From assembly GCA_016218805.1 (NCBI GenBank), contig JACRCW010000044.1:1-64000 (forward strand): a DNA stretch of 64,000 nucleotides, written 5' to 3'. This DNA comes from Deltaproteobacteria bacterium. Lineage in GTDB: Bacteria > Myxococcota > JACRCW01. The stretch's first letter is position 1, and each line of letters opens with the position of its first letter. Below the pieces are notes generated by a model. That model had not been told where the DNA came from and searched no databases. It worked only from the letters and a program-made list of their open reading frames with translations. A program made the position numbers and the translations under genes. Below, piece after piece: positions 12,686 through 22,381 of this stretch.

Positions 12686-13107
12686 GGATGCGTGCCCGGT
12701 CCCGGGAGTTGGGCCACCTCAACCAGCACGCCGCCGGTGCTCTTGGGGTGGATGAACGCCACCTGCGCGCCGTGGGCGCCGGGCTTGAGTTTCTCGTCAA
12801 TCATGCGGGTGCCGCAGGCTTTCAACGCGTCCACGGTGGCCTGGCCCGCCGGGGCTTCAAAGCAGACGTGGTGGATGCCCGGGCCGCGCGTCTCAAGGAA
12901 CTTGCTGACCTCCGAGCCCTCACGCATGGGGGCAATGAGCTCAATGCGCACGTCACCGATGGGAAGAAAGGCGACGCGGATGCCGCGCTCCGGCAGTTCC
13001 TCCACGTGCGTGCACGGGATGCCCAACGCGCGCTCCCAGAACGTGCGCGCTTCGTCCAGGTCCTTCACCGCAATGCCCAGGTGGTCAAGCTTCTTCACGC
13101 CCGCCAT
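12682..13107 (-). CDS. mce: Methylmalonyl-CoA epimerase (VOC family)
   Basis: LDHLGIAV, IELIAP, FLETRGPGIHHVC, GAHGAQVAFIHPKSTGGVLVE; GGAGG RBS. Confidence 0.9.
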   Translation of the reverse strand: MAGVKKLDHLGIAVKDLDEARTFWERALGIPCTHVEELPERGIRVAFLPIGDVRIELIAPMREGSEVSKFLETRGPGIHHVCFEAPAGQATVDALKACGTRMIDEKLKPGAHGAQVAFIHPKSTGGVLVEVAQLPGPGTHP

Positions 13108-13222
13108 GTGCGCCTCCGTGCGCGGGGCGTGTACCGGAGGTGACCGCGCGCCGCCAGCGCCGTGCATTCACGGCGGACGGCACGCGGCCAACCAGCCCGC
13201 AGCGGGACCCGACCCCAGGTGC

Positions 13223-13630
13223 CTACTTCCACTCAAAGGACGTGCTGCGCGTGTTGCCCTGGGCGTCCACCTCGTATTCAAACAGCACGGCGCAGCTGTT
13301 GAGCCGCGCCCACTTGGATGCCTGCGTGCGGAAGTACAGCGCGCCGCGGTAGCTGGCGGCGCCGTCCTTCTTCAGCGTCCCCACGCCCTCGCCAACCCAG
13401 GTGGCCGCGTCGCCAGCGTCGCTCATCACCACGCCCTGGCCTTCGCCAAACAGCGTGCCGTCCGGACGCAGCGCCGAGCAGTACGTCCCGGTGTCGGTGA
13501 TGGACACGCCCAGCAGCGTGCCGTGTTGCTTGAAACAGATTTCCATCTGCGGCGGCTCGCCGGCCTTGGTGGCCAGCACGCGCTCAACGGTGACCTTGCC
13601 TTTCCCTTCTCCGATTCGTTCCCCCAACAT
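13223..13630 (-). CDS. Hypothetical beta-strand-rich protein (135 aa)
   Basis: GGAGG RBS then MLGERIGEGKGKVT...FEWK; alternating Gly/hydrophobic pattern. Confidence 0.75.
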   Translation of the reverse strand: MLGERIGEGKGKVTVERVLATKAGEPPQMEICFKQHGTLLGVSITDTGTYCSALRPDGTLFGEGQGVVMSDAGDAATWVGEGVGTLKKDGAASYRGALYFRTQASKWARLNSCAVLFEYEVDAQGNTRSTSFEWK

Positions 13631-13819
13631 GACTGCCTCCGAAACACGGGTTTCAGCACGGCAACTCGCCGGCCCGCCCGGCGGGGCCATGTGCCGGTGA
13701 GGTAACGCGGAGGGGTGCGCGCGCAAAGACGTGGGTTGATCCCGTGGCGACGGGGCCGCCGGATTCTTCGCTCCGGCTTGCCGGCGGCGCTAACGTCCGC
13801 GGATGACGCCGGCGGACCC

Positions 13820-15493
13820 ATGGAACTTCGCCCCTATCAGAAGGAATGCCTCACCGCGCTCTACCGGGCGTGGCGTGATGGGCGGCGCCGCGTGCTGGTG
13901 TCCCTTCCAACCGGAACCGGCAAGACGGTCATCTTTGCGTGTTTCCCGTCGTTCTTCCGCATGAAGAAGCGGATGCTTGTTCTGGCGCACCGCGAAGAGT
14001 TGCTGGAGCAGGCCCTGGAGAAGTTCCGCGCGCTGGCGCCAGAACTCAAGGTTGGCGTGGAGCAATCCACCCGCAGCGCGGCGCCGGACTGCAACGTGGT
14101 GCTGGCCTCGGTGGGCACGCTGGGACGTGACGGCAGCCGCCGGTTGGCCGCGCTCAACCCGGAGGATTTCTACCTCATCGTCGTGGACGAAGCGCATCAC
14201 GCGGTGGCGCCCACCTACCGCCGCATCCTCCAGCACCTCAAGGTGTTTGAACCCGAGTCCAAGCGCCTGCTCGTCGGTTTCACCGCCACGCCGCGCCGCG
14301 GCGACGGCCAGGGGCTCGGCGAGGTGTTTGAGCAGATCAGTTACACCAGGGGCATTGAGGAGATGATCCGCGCGGGCTTCCTGTGCGGCATCGCCGGGTG
14401 GCGCGTCCGCACCGGCGTGGAGCTGGGGAAGGTCCGGGTCGTGCGTGGGGACTTTGCGGAGGGCCAGCTGGCCCGGGCCGTCAACACGCCAGCGCGCAAT
14501 GAAATGGTGCTGCGGGCGTGGCGAAAGATTGCCGGGAACCGCCGGACCCTGGTGTTCTGCGTGGACGTGCAGCACGCGCAGGACCTGGCGGCGCGTTTCA
14601 CGGACAACGGCATTGCCGCCGCGGCCATCTACGGAGACATGCCGTCGGAGGACCGCCGGCAGGCGCTGCGGCGCTTCTCGTCGGGTGAGCTGCAGGTGCT
14701 CACCAACTGCAACGTGCTCACGGAGGGTTTTGATGAGCCGCGGGTGGATTGCGTCCTGCTGGCGCGGCCCACCAAGTCGCTGCTGTTGTACGCGCAGATG
14801 GTGGGCCGGGGCACGCGGCTGCACGCGGAGAAGAACGAGCTGGCGGTCATTGACGTGGTGGACAACTCCGACCAGCACACCCTGGCGGGCCTCAACCGCC
14901 TGTTTGACCTTCCCGGAGACATGGACCTCAGAGGCGCGGGGGTCGTTCCCACCATGGACCGCCTGCGGGATGTGGCGGCGCGCTTCCCGTGGATTGAGCT
15001 GTCGCATCTGCAATCCGCGGGCGACCTGCAGTTCGTCACGGAGCGGGTGGACCTGTTCAAATGCGACACGCCGTCGGAGATTGCGCCGTTCACCAGCTTT
15101 ACCTGGCTGCCGGATGCGTCCGGCGGGTACCGCCTGGTGCTGGGCGGAGGGCGGCAGTTGGAAGTGCGCCGCAACCTCCTGGAACGCTGGGAGGTGCTGC
15201 AGCGCAACAGCTACCGGGATGACAGCCGGCCCGTGGCAGTGACGGATCAGCTGGAGCGCGCGCTCGCGTATGCCGACCGTCTGGTCCGCGAGCAATCGGC
15301 CGACGCACTGGCGCTCGTGGAACGCGATGCGCGCTGGCGTGACAAGGAGCCGACCGAGGCGCAACTGCAACAACTGCAACGGCTTGCCATTCCCCGCGCG
15401 CCGGACCTCACGCGCGGGCAGGCGTCATGGATCATTGCCATGGCGCTTGCGCGCGGACCGGGAAGCAGGCAGGCGCAGGTGCTCAGTGGGTGA
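13820..15493 (+). CDS. SF2 DEAD/DEAH helicase (ResIII/Irc3-like)
   Basis: LRPYQ, PTGTGKT, DEAHH, TAT, LTEGFD, QMVGRGTR; C-terminal RWR...TEAQ...LTRGQAS. Confidence 0.9.
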   Translation: MELRPYQKECLTALYRAWRDGRRRVLVSLPTGTGKTVIFACFPSFFRMKKRMLVLAHREELLEQALEKFRALAPELKVGVEQSTRSAAPDCNVVLASVGTLGRDGSRRLAALNPEDFYLIVVDEAHHAVAPTYRRILQHLKVFEPESKRLLVGFTATPRRGDGQGLGEVFEQISYTRGIEEMIRAGFLCGIAGWRVRTGVELGKVRVVRGDFAEGQLARAVNTPARNEMVLRAWRKIAGNRRTLVFCVDVQHAQDLAARFTDNGIAAAAIYGDMPSEDRRQALRRFSSGELQVLTNCNVLTEGFDEPRVDCVLLARPTKSLLLYAQMVGRGTRLHAEKNELAVIDVVDNSDQHTLAGLNRLFDLPGDMDLRGAGVVPTMDRLRDVAARFPWIELSHLQSAGDLQFVTERVDLFKCDTPSEIAPFTSFTWLPDASGGYRLVLGGGRQLEVRRNLLERWEVLQRNSYRDDSRPVAVTDQLERALAYADRLVREQSADALALVERDARWRDKEPTEAQLQQLQRLAIPRAPDLTRGQASWIIAMALARGPGSRQAQVLSG

Positions 15494-15582
15494 CGCCCGC
15501 TGGAATGCTCCGGCCGCCGCCGCCGCGGGTTCGCGTTGGGGCGGCACGCGCTGGTACACACAGGGGTGAAACGGGAGGTTTT

Positions 15583-16335
15583 GTGCGGCCGCTCATCCTC
15601 GTGACGCCCGACGTGACAGTCCGCCAGGTGGTGGGCGTGGACCGCCGCGTCTACGAACTCAACGCGACCTACTGCGACGCGGTGGAGGAAGCGGGCGGTT
15701 TGCCGCTGGTGGCACCGTGTGCGGCCTCCGCTGACGTGGTGACGGAGCACCTGGCGCGTGCGGACGGTGTGCTGTTGACCGGCGGGGACTTTGACGTGGA
15801 CCCGCGGTTGTACGGTCATCGCCCGCACCCCAAGCTGGGGACGCTGAAGCCGGACCGCACGGACTATGAGCGCGCGTTGGCACAAGCTGCGTTGCACCGG
15901 GGCCTGCCGGTGTTGGGCGTGTGCGGCGGGATGCAGGTGCTCAATGTGGTGCTCGGCGGGACGCTGTGGCAGGACCTGCCGGACGAGCGCCCGTCCGAGA
16001 TTGTGCACAGCCAGAAGTTTGACCGCCGCCAGCCCGCGCACGCGGTGGACCTGGTGCCTGGTTCCCTCCTGGCGCGGTTGTATGGGAACACACGCATCCA
16101 CGTGAACACGTCCCACCACCAGGCGGTGCGGGACCCGGGGCGCGGTGTGCGCATCACCGGCACGGCGGAGGACGGCCTGCCTGAGGCGCTGGAGGTGGAT
16201 GGGCAGACGTTCTGTGTGGGCGTGCAGTGGCACCCGGAGACGCTGTCCCCAACGGACACTGACCCGCGGCCGCGGGCGGTGTACGCGGGACTGCTGGAAG
16301 CGGCGCGCGTCCACGCGTCCAAGAGGGGGCGATGA
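15583..16335 (+). CDS. Gamma-glutamyl-gamma-aminobutyrate hydrolase family protein (peptidase C26, PuuD-like)
   Basis: LLTGGDFD, LGVCGGMQ, VNTSHHQA, GVQWHPE; GGGAGG RBS before GTG 15583. Confidence 0.88.
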   Translation: MRPLILVTPDVTVRQVVGVDRRVYELNATYCDAVEEAGGLPLVAPCAASADVVTEHLARADGVLLTGGDFDVDPRLYGHRPHPKLGTLKPDRTDYERALAQAALHRGLPVLGVCGGMQVLNVVLGGTLWQDLPDERPSEIVHSQKFDRRQPAHAVDLVPGSLLARLYGNTRIHVNTSHHQAVRDPGRGVRITGTAEDGLPEALEVDGQTFCVGVQWHPETLSPTDTDPRPRAVYAGLLEAARVHASKRGR

Positions 16336-19226
16336 TGCGCGGGCCGGGCTGGTGGGTCGGGTTGCTCGCGGCGGTGCTGGTGCTGGGCGCCTGCCGTGAC
16401 GACGAGGGTGAGGGCTGTGGCGACGGCCCGGCGTGCGCAGCAGGCTCGCAATGCACCGGTGGCCGGTGTGTCCGCCCGTGTCGCGCGGATACGGATTGCA
16501 CGGGTGACCAGACGTGTGACGTCACGCTGGGCGAGTGCCAGGCCGCCGGCGGCGCGTGTGCGTCCGACACGGACTGCGCGGGACGTCACTGCCTGCTTCC
16601 TGATGCACGTTGCGTGGATTGCACCGCTGCGCAGGACTGCCCCGGCGGCGTGCCGTGCGACGCGACCGCGCACGTGTGCCTGGTCCCGTGCACGGACAGC
16701 GACGGAAGCGAGCCGAACGACACCGTTGCCACGGCGGCACCGTTGGCACCGGGGTCATCACGCACGGGGACGCTGTGCCCGGCCGACGTGGATTTCTTGC
16801 AGGTCACGCTGGCTGCCCCCGGGGAACTGCAGGTGGTGATGACGGTGGAAGGGGCCGCGGGTGGGCCGCGCCTGGACCTGGTGGATGTGGGCGGCGGCAC
16901 GCTGGCGTCGGGGACGTTGACGGGATTGGAACTGCGCCTGTCCGCACCGGGCCTTGCCGCCGGTGCGCACCTGCTGCGCCTTTCCACCACGGGCAGTTCG
17001 CCCACGCCGTACACGCTCACCGCCACAGTGTCCGGCACCGCCGCGTGCACCCAGGAGGCGGGCGAACCCAACGACACGCCCGCGCAGGCCACCACGTTGT
17101 CCGCCGACGGTGCCGCGCACGGTGGTGCGCTGTGCGCGGGGGACGTGGACCACTACGCCATCACCGCTGCGGCGGGCGATCGGCTGCGCGTGGTGGCGGC
17201 GGGGCAGGGCGGAACCACCGTGGACCTGGAGCTGCTGGATCCGGCGGGGACGTCGCTGGGCACGGGTTCACCGCTGCAGACCGGTGCGCTCACCGCGGGG
17301 CGCTACGTGGCGCGCGTGTCATCCGGCACCACACCGCGCAACTACACCATTGCGGTGGGCATCACGCAGGGCGCGCCGCCGTGCCGGCAGGTGGACGCGG
17401 AGCCCAATGACACGCCCGAGCAAGCGCAGGCCGTCCCCACCGACGGGACCCAGGTGGACGGCGCGGTGTGTCCCGGTGATCGGGATCGCTTCCGCGTGGT
17501 GGCGCAGGCGGGGGATGAGTTGGTGGCGTCAACGTTGATGGTGCCCGGCTCCGGGGACGGGCCGTTGGTGTTGGCGTTGGAGGACGCCTCCGGCAACGAG
17601 GAATCCACGTCAACCGGACCGCTGCAGGTGAGTTCGCTTGCCGTCGGGACGCACTTTGTCGTGGTGCAGGGCGCCAACGCGGGGGCGCAGGCCGCGTACC
17701 GCCTGGCCGTGACACTGACCACGCCGCAGGCGCCCGCGGACCCGTGCCTGGACAACGGGCGCGAGCCCAACAACACCACCGCGGTTGCCACGCCGCTGGT
17801 GCTGGGTGGCACGGTGTCCGCGCGCCTGTGCGCTGACGACGAGGATCGCTACCGCTTCACGCTGGTTGCGCCTGCCGTGGTTCGCGTGGGCATTGCGTTC
17901 ACCCATGCCAACGGGGACCTGGACCTGCAGGTGCTGGGTCCCGGGGACGTGGTGGAGGCGTCCTCTACCGGCGTCACCAACGAAGAAGTGGCGGAAGCGG
18001 GCCTCCCCGCAGGCGACCACGTGGTGCGCGTGTACGGCTACCGCGGCGCCACCAACCCGTACGTGCTCACCACCGCGGTGGCGTCGTGCGCGGGGGATGA
18101 CCAGCTGGAGGAGAATGACCGCCCGGACCGCGCCACCGCGGTGGGGCCCGGGAGCTACGCGCTGGTGCGCTGCCCGGGTGATGACGACCACCTGGCGGTG
18201 GCGCTGGCCGCCGGTGACGCGCTGCAGGCCACGCTCACCGGCCCCGGCCTGGCCCTGGAGCTGCTGGACCCCGGCGGTGCGCTGGTGACGTCGGGGTCGC
18301 CGCTGTCCGCCGCCGGGTTGCCCGCGGGGCGGTACGTGGTCCGCGTGACGGGGACCAACGCCGTGAACACGGACTACGCGCTGGTGCTGGGCGTGACGCC
18401 GGGGGATGCGCGCGTGTGCGTGGATGACGCGGCGGAGGAGGATGATGCGCTTGCGTTGGCGCGTGAGGTGGGTCCCGCGTCCCTGGCGGACGGGCGCGCG
18501 TGGGTGACGGGCGTGGCGTGCGCGGGTGACGAGGACTGGGTCACCGTGCCGTTAGCGGGGCCGTCGCGCATCACGGCGGACCTGGTGTTCAACGCGCCCG
18601 CGGATGACCTGGACCTCTACCTGCGCGAACGCCAGGGCTACGGAACGCAGACGCGCGCGCTGGCCTCCAGCAACGGCACCACCACGCACGAACACGTGGA
18701 AGGCACGGTTCCCGGCGGCACCACGGTGGCGCTCCAGGTGCGCCGTTACGGCGGGACGGATGCACCCACCTGGCGCCTGGAAGTGGGCGCCCAACCGTTG
18801 CAGGTACCCGACGGTGGCTGCGTGGATGACCTCCCGGACACGGTGGTCACCGCCGGCCCGGACGGTGGTGTGCCCGGCGGCCGGGATGACACGTTCTCCA
18901 CCGCCACGTGGTTGTCATCCGACGGCGACACGGCCAGCGCGCGCGCCGTGTGTGCGGGCAACGTGGACTGGTACCAGGTGTGGTTGTCGTCGGGGCAGGT
19001 GCTCACGGTGGATCTCAGCTACACGTGGTCCACCGGGCATGACCTGGACCTGAAGGTGTACAAGCCGTCGGACGCGGCGCAGGCGGTGGCGTTCGGCGTG
19101 TCGTCTGATGATGACGAGCACGTGCAGTACACCGCCACCGAGGCCGGCGCGCACCGCGTGGAGGTCTACGGTTTTTCGGGCGCTTCCAACACGTATTCGC
19201 TGCGGGTGGGCGTGACGGGGAATTGA
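16332..19226 (+). CDS. Cys-rich lipoprotein with about seven tandem PPC (pre-peptidase C-terminal) modules
   Basis: Lipobox LGAC, N-terminal Cys repeats, seven EPND/EEND-type starts each followed by C-xx-D-x-D and DLDL motifs. Confidence 0.85.
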   Translation: MMRGPGWWVGLLAAVLVLGACRDDEGEGCGDGPACAAGSQCTGGRCVRPCRADTDCTGDQTCDVTLGECQAAGGACASDTDCAGRHCLLPDARCVDCTAAQDCPGGVPCDATAHVCLVPCTDSDGSEPNDTVATAAPLAPGSSRTGTLCPADVDFLQVTLAAPGELQVVMTVEGAAGGPRLDLVDVGGGTLASGTLTGLELRLSAPGLAAGAHLLRLSTTGSSPTPYTLTATVSGTAACTQEAGEPNDTPAQATTLSADGAAHGGALCAGDVDHYAITAAAGDRLRVVAAGQGGTTVDLELLDPAGTSLGTGSPLQTGALTAGRYVARVSSGTTPRNYTIAVGITQGAPPCRQVDAEPNDTPEQAQAVPTDGTQVDGAVCPGDRDRFRVVAQAGDELVASTLMVPGSGDGPLVLALEDASGNEESTSTGPLQVSSLAVGTHFVVVQGANAGAQAAYRLAVTLTTPQAPADPCLDNGREPNNTTAVATPLVLGGTVSARLCADDEDRYRFTLVAPAVVRVGIAFTHANGDLDLQVLGPGDVVEASSTGVTNEEVAEAGLPAGDHVVRVYGYRGATNPYVLTTAVASCAGDDQLEENDRPDRATAVGPGSYALVRCPGDDDHLAVALAAGDALQATLTGPGLALELLDPGGALVTSGSPLSAAGLPAGRYVVRVTGTNAVNTDYALVLGVTPGDARVCVDDAAEEDDALALAREVGPASLADGRAWVTGVACAGDEDWVTVPLAGPSRITADLVFNAPADDLDLYLRERQGYGTQTRALASSNGTTTHEHVEGTVPGGTTVALQVRRYGGTDAPTWRLEVGAQPLQVPDGGCVDDLPDTVVTAGPDGGVPGGRDDTFSTATWLSSDGDTASARAVCAGNVDWYQVWLSSGQVLTVDLSYTWSTGHDLDLKVYKPSDAAQAVAFGVSSDDDEHVQYTATEAGAHRVEVYGFSGASNTYSLRVGVTGN

Positions 19227-19229
19227 GAC

Positions 19230-20510
19230 ATGCGCAGGCAATTGCGTTCCATGATGGCAGTGGGGTGGCTGGTGGGCGCGTGCGCGTCGGAGCGCGCGGC
19301 CACGTCCGGGGCGGACCCGGGTGGGGCGGGGGAGACTGCCACCACGGACACGCGCGCGGCCATGGAAGCGCGTGACCGCCTGGAACCCCTGCTGCTGGAT
19401 TGCGCACGGCTCACCTACGCCGGAAGTGAGACGCCCATTGAAATTCGCGCGTTCGTGGACGGGCGCGGCAGCACCGTGGCGTTGGAGGTGACCGACCTGG
19501 AACGCCGCCCCTTGTCCATGATGTGTCCGGGTGACCGGCCCGGTACCGACGCCGTGGTGCGCGGCGGCGGCAAGGGCTGGGGACGCCGCCCGGCCAGCGG
19601 CTGGATGGTGGAGGCGTTTTGCGCGCCGGGATTTGACGGAACCACGGGATGCAGCGCGCGGTCGTCCTACGTGCTCCCGGCGGCGGCACCTGAACCGCCC
19701 TCCACCGCCAAGGCGCCCGTCGCCACCAACGGGGAGGGCAGCGCGGCCGGAGCCACCGTGCGCCGCGCGGACGCGTTCCGCCGCTACCAGCTGCGCCGGC
19801 TGGGCACGGACGTTGACGGGGACAAGCAGGTCAACCTGGAGCAGCAGCTCGTGGTCCTGGACCAGGCGCTGTTGTTGTGCCTGCATTCGCGGTTGCCGGA
19901 CATCAACCTGTCCAGCAGCGCGGATGTCTCGGCCCGCATTGGGGTCAACCTGGACAGCAAGGCCCTGTCCGCGCCGCTCAAGGTGCGCTCCATGAACCCG
20001 CCTGCGCTGTGGACGTTCCTGGCACCGTGCCTGAAGGCGGTCACCGGTGACGACGAGACCCGCGGCATTGAGGCCACCGTCCGCTACACGCTGGTGGCCG
20101 AAGCCACCGAGACGCCGCCGGGGAAATTCGTCCAGCAGGTTTCCCTGGAGATGTTGCAGGAACAGGTGGAGGTGACCGCGCCGGCCCCGGCACGCAAGCA
20201 GGCCGCGGACCGGCTGCTTGCCGCCATGCAAACGTGCCTGCAGGAGCATCCGGTGGAGAGCCGCGGCGCGCTGGGGCGCTGGGCCACGCTGGGCGCGGTC
20301 CGCTTCCAGGGCACCGTCGCCTCTCCCGTCGCCTCCGCGCTGCAACTGTTGGAGCTCAAGGCGCTTGCCGCGGATTCAGACAAGGACCCGCCGGACGCGC
20401 TGTCCGGCGCGGCGCGCTGCACGCTGGCCGCCCTGGCGCCGTCCAACCCGAGCGGAACGCCGGCGCGTGTGTCCTGGACTGTCGTGGTGAAGGTGGGACC
20501 GCTGGAGTAA
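19230..20510 (+). CDS. Hypothetical lipoprotein
   Basis: Lipobox VGAC; 3 nt after the upstream stop; coding-like codon use. Confidence 0.65.
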   Translation: MRRQLRSMMAVGWLVGACASERAATSGADPGGAGETATTDTRAAMEARDRLEPLLLDCARLTYAGSETPIEIRAFVDGRGSTVALEVTDLERRPLSMMCPGDRPGTDAVVRGGGKGWGRRPASGWMVEAFCAPGFDGTTGCSARSSYVLPAAAPEPPSTAKAPVATNGEGSAAGATVRRADAFRRYQLRRLGTDVDGDKQVNLEQQLVVLDQALLLCLHSRLPDINLSSSADVSARIGVNLDSKALSAPLKVRSMNPPALWTFLAPCLKAVTGDDETRGIEATVRYTLVAEATETPPGKFVQQVSLEMLQEQVEVTAPAPARKQAADRLLAAMQTCLQEHPVESRGALGRWATLGAVRFQGTVASPVASALQLLELKALAADSDKDPPDALSGAARCTLAALAPSNPSGTPARVSWTVVVKVGPLE

Positions 20511-20556
20511 CGGCGCGCGCTTTACACGGCGCGGGGGCGCGTGGCACTCCCCGTTC

Positions 20557-22086
20557 ATGGCGCTGCACATCTTCAACACCCTCACTGGCAAGAAGGAACC
20601 GCTCCAGCCCCGCAACCCGCCCCGGGTCACCGCGTACATCTGCGGCGTCACCGTCTATGACCTGTGCCACGTGGGACACGCGCGCGCGTACGTCAGCTTT
20701 GACGTGGCGGTGCGGTTCATGCGCCGGCGCGGTTACGACGTGAAGGTCATCCGCAACTTCACGGACGTGGATGACAAGATCATCGCGCGGGCCAACAAGG
20801 ACGGCGTGCCGGCCGCGGACGTGAGCGAGAAGTTCATCAAGGAGTTCAACGTTGACATGGGCGCTCTCAAGGTGCAGCCCGTGACCGTGGAGCCCAAGGT
20901 CACCACGCACATGCCGCAGATCGTCGCGCTGGTGCAGAAGCTGGTGGAGCGGGGCAGCGCGTACGTCGTGGACGGCGTGGGCGGCGCCAAAGACGTCTAT
21001 TACTCGGTGGACAGCTTCCCCACGTATCTGAAGCTCTCCGGGCGCTCCAAGGAGGACCTGCAGGCCGGCGCGCGGGTGGAAGTGGACGAGCGCAAGAAGG
21101 ACCCGCTGGACTTTGCGCTGTGGAAGAGCGCCAAGCCCGGCGAGCCGTCGTGGGATTCGCCGTGGGGCAAGGGCCGCCCGGGCTGGCACATTGAGTGCTC
21201 GGCAATGTGCCTGGAGCACGCGGGCCCCACGGTGGACATCCACGCCGGTGGCCGGGACCTCATCTTCCCGCACCATGAGAACGAGATTGCCCAGAGCGAG
21301 CCGGTCAACGGCGCGCCGCTGGCCACCCTGTGGATGCACAACGGGTTTGTGAACATTGACAACGAGAAGATGAGCAAGTCCCTGGGGAACTTCTTCACCA
21401 TCCGGGACGTGCTTCAGCGCGTGAGCCCGGACGCGCTGCGCTACTTCCTGCTCACCACGCCGTACCGCGGACCCATCAACTTTGCGGACACGCTGCTGGA
21501 TGACGCGGAGCGCCGCGTGGAGACGCTGTATGAGAGCCGCCGCCGCGCCGCCGAGTACGTTCTGCAAAACGCCCCGGAGGACGGACCCGGCTACCGCGAG
21601 GTGGTGAAGGGCACCAAGGCGGAGGGGATGCTGGGCGCGGGAATTGGGAACCTGTTTGACGAGGCCATGGACGACGACTTCAACAGCGCGCGCGCGCTGG
21701 GCGTGCTGGCGGATGCGGTGCGGTTTGCCAACACGCTGATGGACGGCAAGGAGAGCGAGTTGCTGGGGAAGAAACTGCCACCCAAGACGCGCGCGCGTTT
21801 GGTTCGCGGGATTTGGGAGGAACTCGCCGGCATCATTGCGGTGCTGGGCGTGGTGGATGAGGACCCCGCCGGCTACCTGGACCGCCTGCGGGCGCGCCGC
21901 TGCGCGCGCCACGGAATTGACGCCACGTGGGTGGAGCAGCGCATTGCCGCACGCGCGGAGGCCAAGGCCAGGAAGGACTTTGCCGCGGCGGACGCGGTGC
22001 GCGCGGAGCTGGCGGCAAAGAACGTGGTGCTCAAGGATTCGGCCACGGGCACGCGCTGGAGCGTGGAAGACCGCGTGGCGGGATAA
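20557..22086 (+). CDS. cysS: Cysteine--tRNA ligase
   Basis: CGVTVYD, HVGH, DFALWK, GRPGWHIECSAM, FPHHENE, KMSKS. Confidence 0.97.
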   Translation: MALHIFNTLTGKKEPLQPRNPPRVTAYICGVTVYDLCHVGHARAYVSFDVAVRFMRRRGYDVKVIRNFTDVDDKIIARANKDGVPAADVSEKFIKEFNVDMGALKVQPVTVEPKVTTHMPQIVALVQKLVERGSAYVVDGVGGAKDVYYSVDSFPTYLKLSGRSKEDLQAGARVEVDERKKDPLDFALWKSAKPGEPSWDSPWGKGRPGWHIECSAMCLEHAGPTVDIHAGGRDLIFPHHENEIAQSEPVNGAPLATLWMHNGFVNIDNEKMSKSLGNFFTIRDVLQRVSPDALRYFLLTTPYRGPINFADTLLDDAERRVETLYESRRRAAEYVLQNAPEDGPGYREVVKGTKAEGMLGAGIGNLFDEAMDDDFNSARALGVLADAVRFANTLMDGKESELLGKKLPPKTRARLVRGIWEELAGIIAVLGVVDEDPAGYLDRLRARRCARHGIDATWVEQRIAARAEAKARKDFAAADAVRAELAAKNVVLKDSATGTRWSVEDRVAG

Positions 22087-22168
22087 ACGGCAACAACGGC
22101 CTCACGCGCCCACCGACTGCCCCGCGCAACAGAACAAACCGAACCACCGGACGACCGAGCAACAACCG

Positions 22169-22192
22169 GTGGGGCCGGCGTCCCCGCCGGCC
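22169..22192 (+). repeat. REP-like GTGG-footed hairpin
   Basis: GTGG GGCCGGCG TCCC CGCCGGCC in the cysS-Uma2 intergenic region. Confidence 0.45.
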
Positions 22193-22301
22193 GCCTGCGC
22201 AGCCCTCCTCGGTGCCGGAGGCCGGCGAGGCCGGCCCGCAACCCCGCGCGCCGTAGACGCCGCCCGCCACGCCGCCTCCGTCCACGACGACAACCGGCGC
22301 G

Positions 22302-22331
22302 GGCTGATACCGCAACGGCGAGGTATCAGCC
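22302..22331. promoter_or_regulatory. Perfect 10-bp inverted repeat (operator or hairpin)
   Basis: GGCTGATACC-N10-GGTATCAGCC, 50 nt upstream of the Uma2 ATG. Confidence 0.5.
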
Positions 22332-22381
22332 TCCCACCCGTGGAGGTTGCTGGCTCGTGGCTGGCGTGTCAGGTTTCCCGC

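Noticed and set aside
11242..15493. Uma2 plus helicase as a restriction/defence system
   Set aside because: Opposite strands, separated by unrelated metabolic genes, and no methylase present
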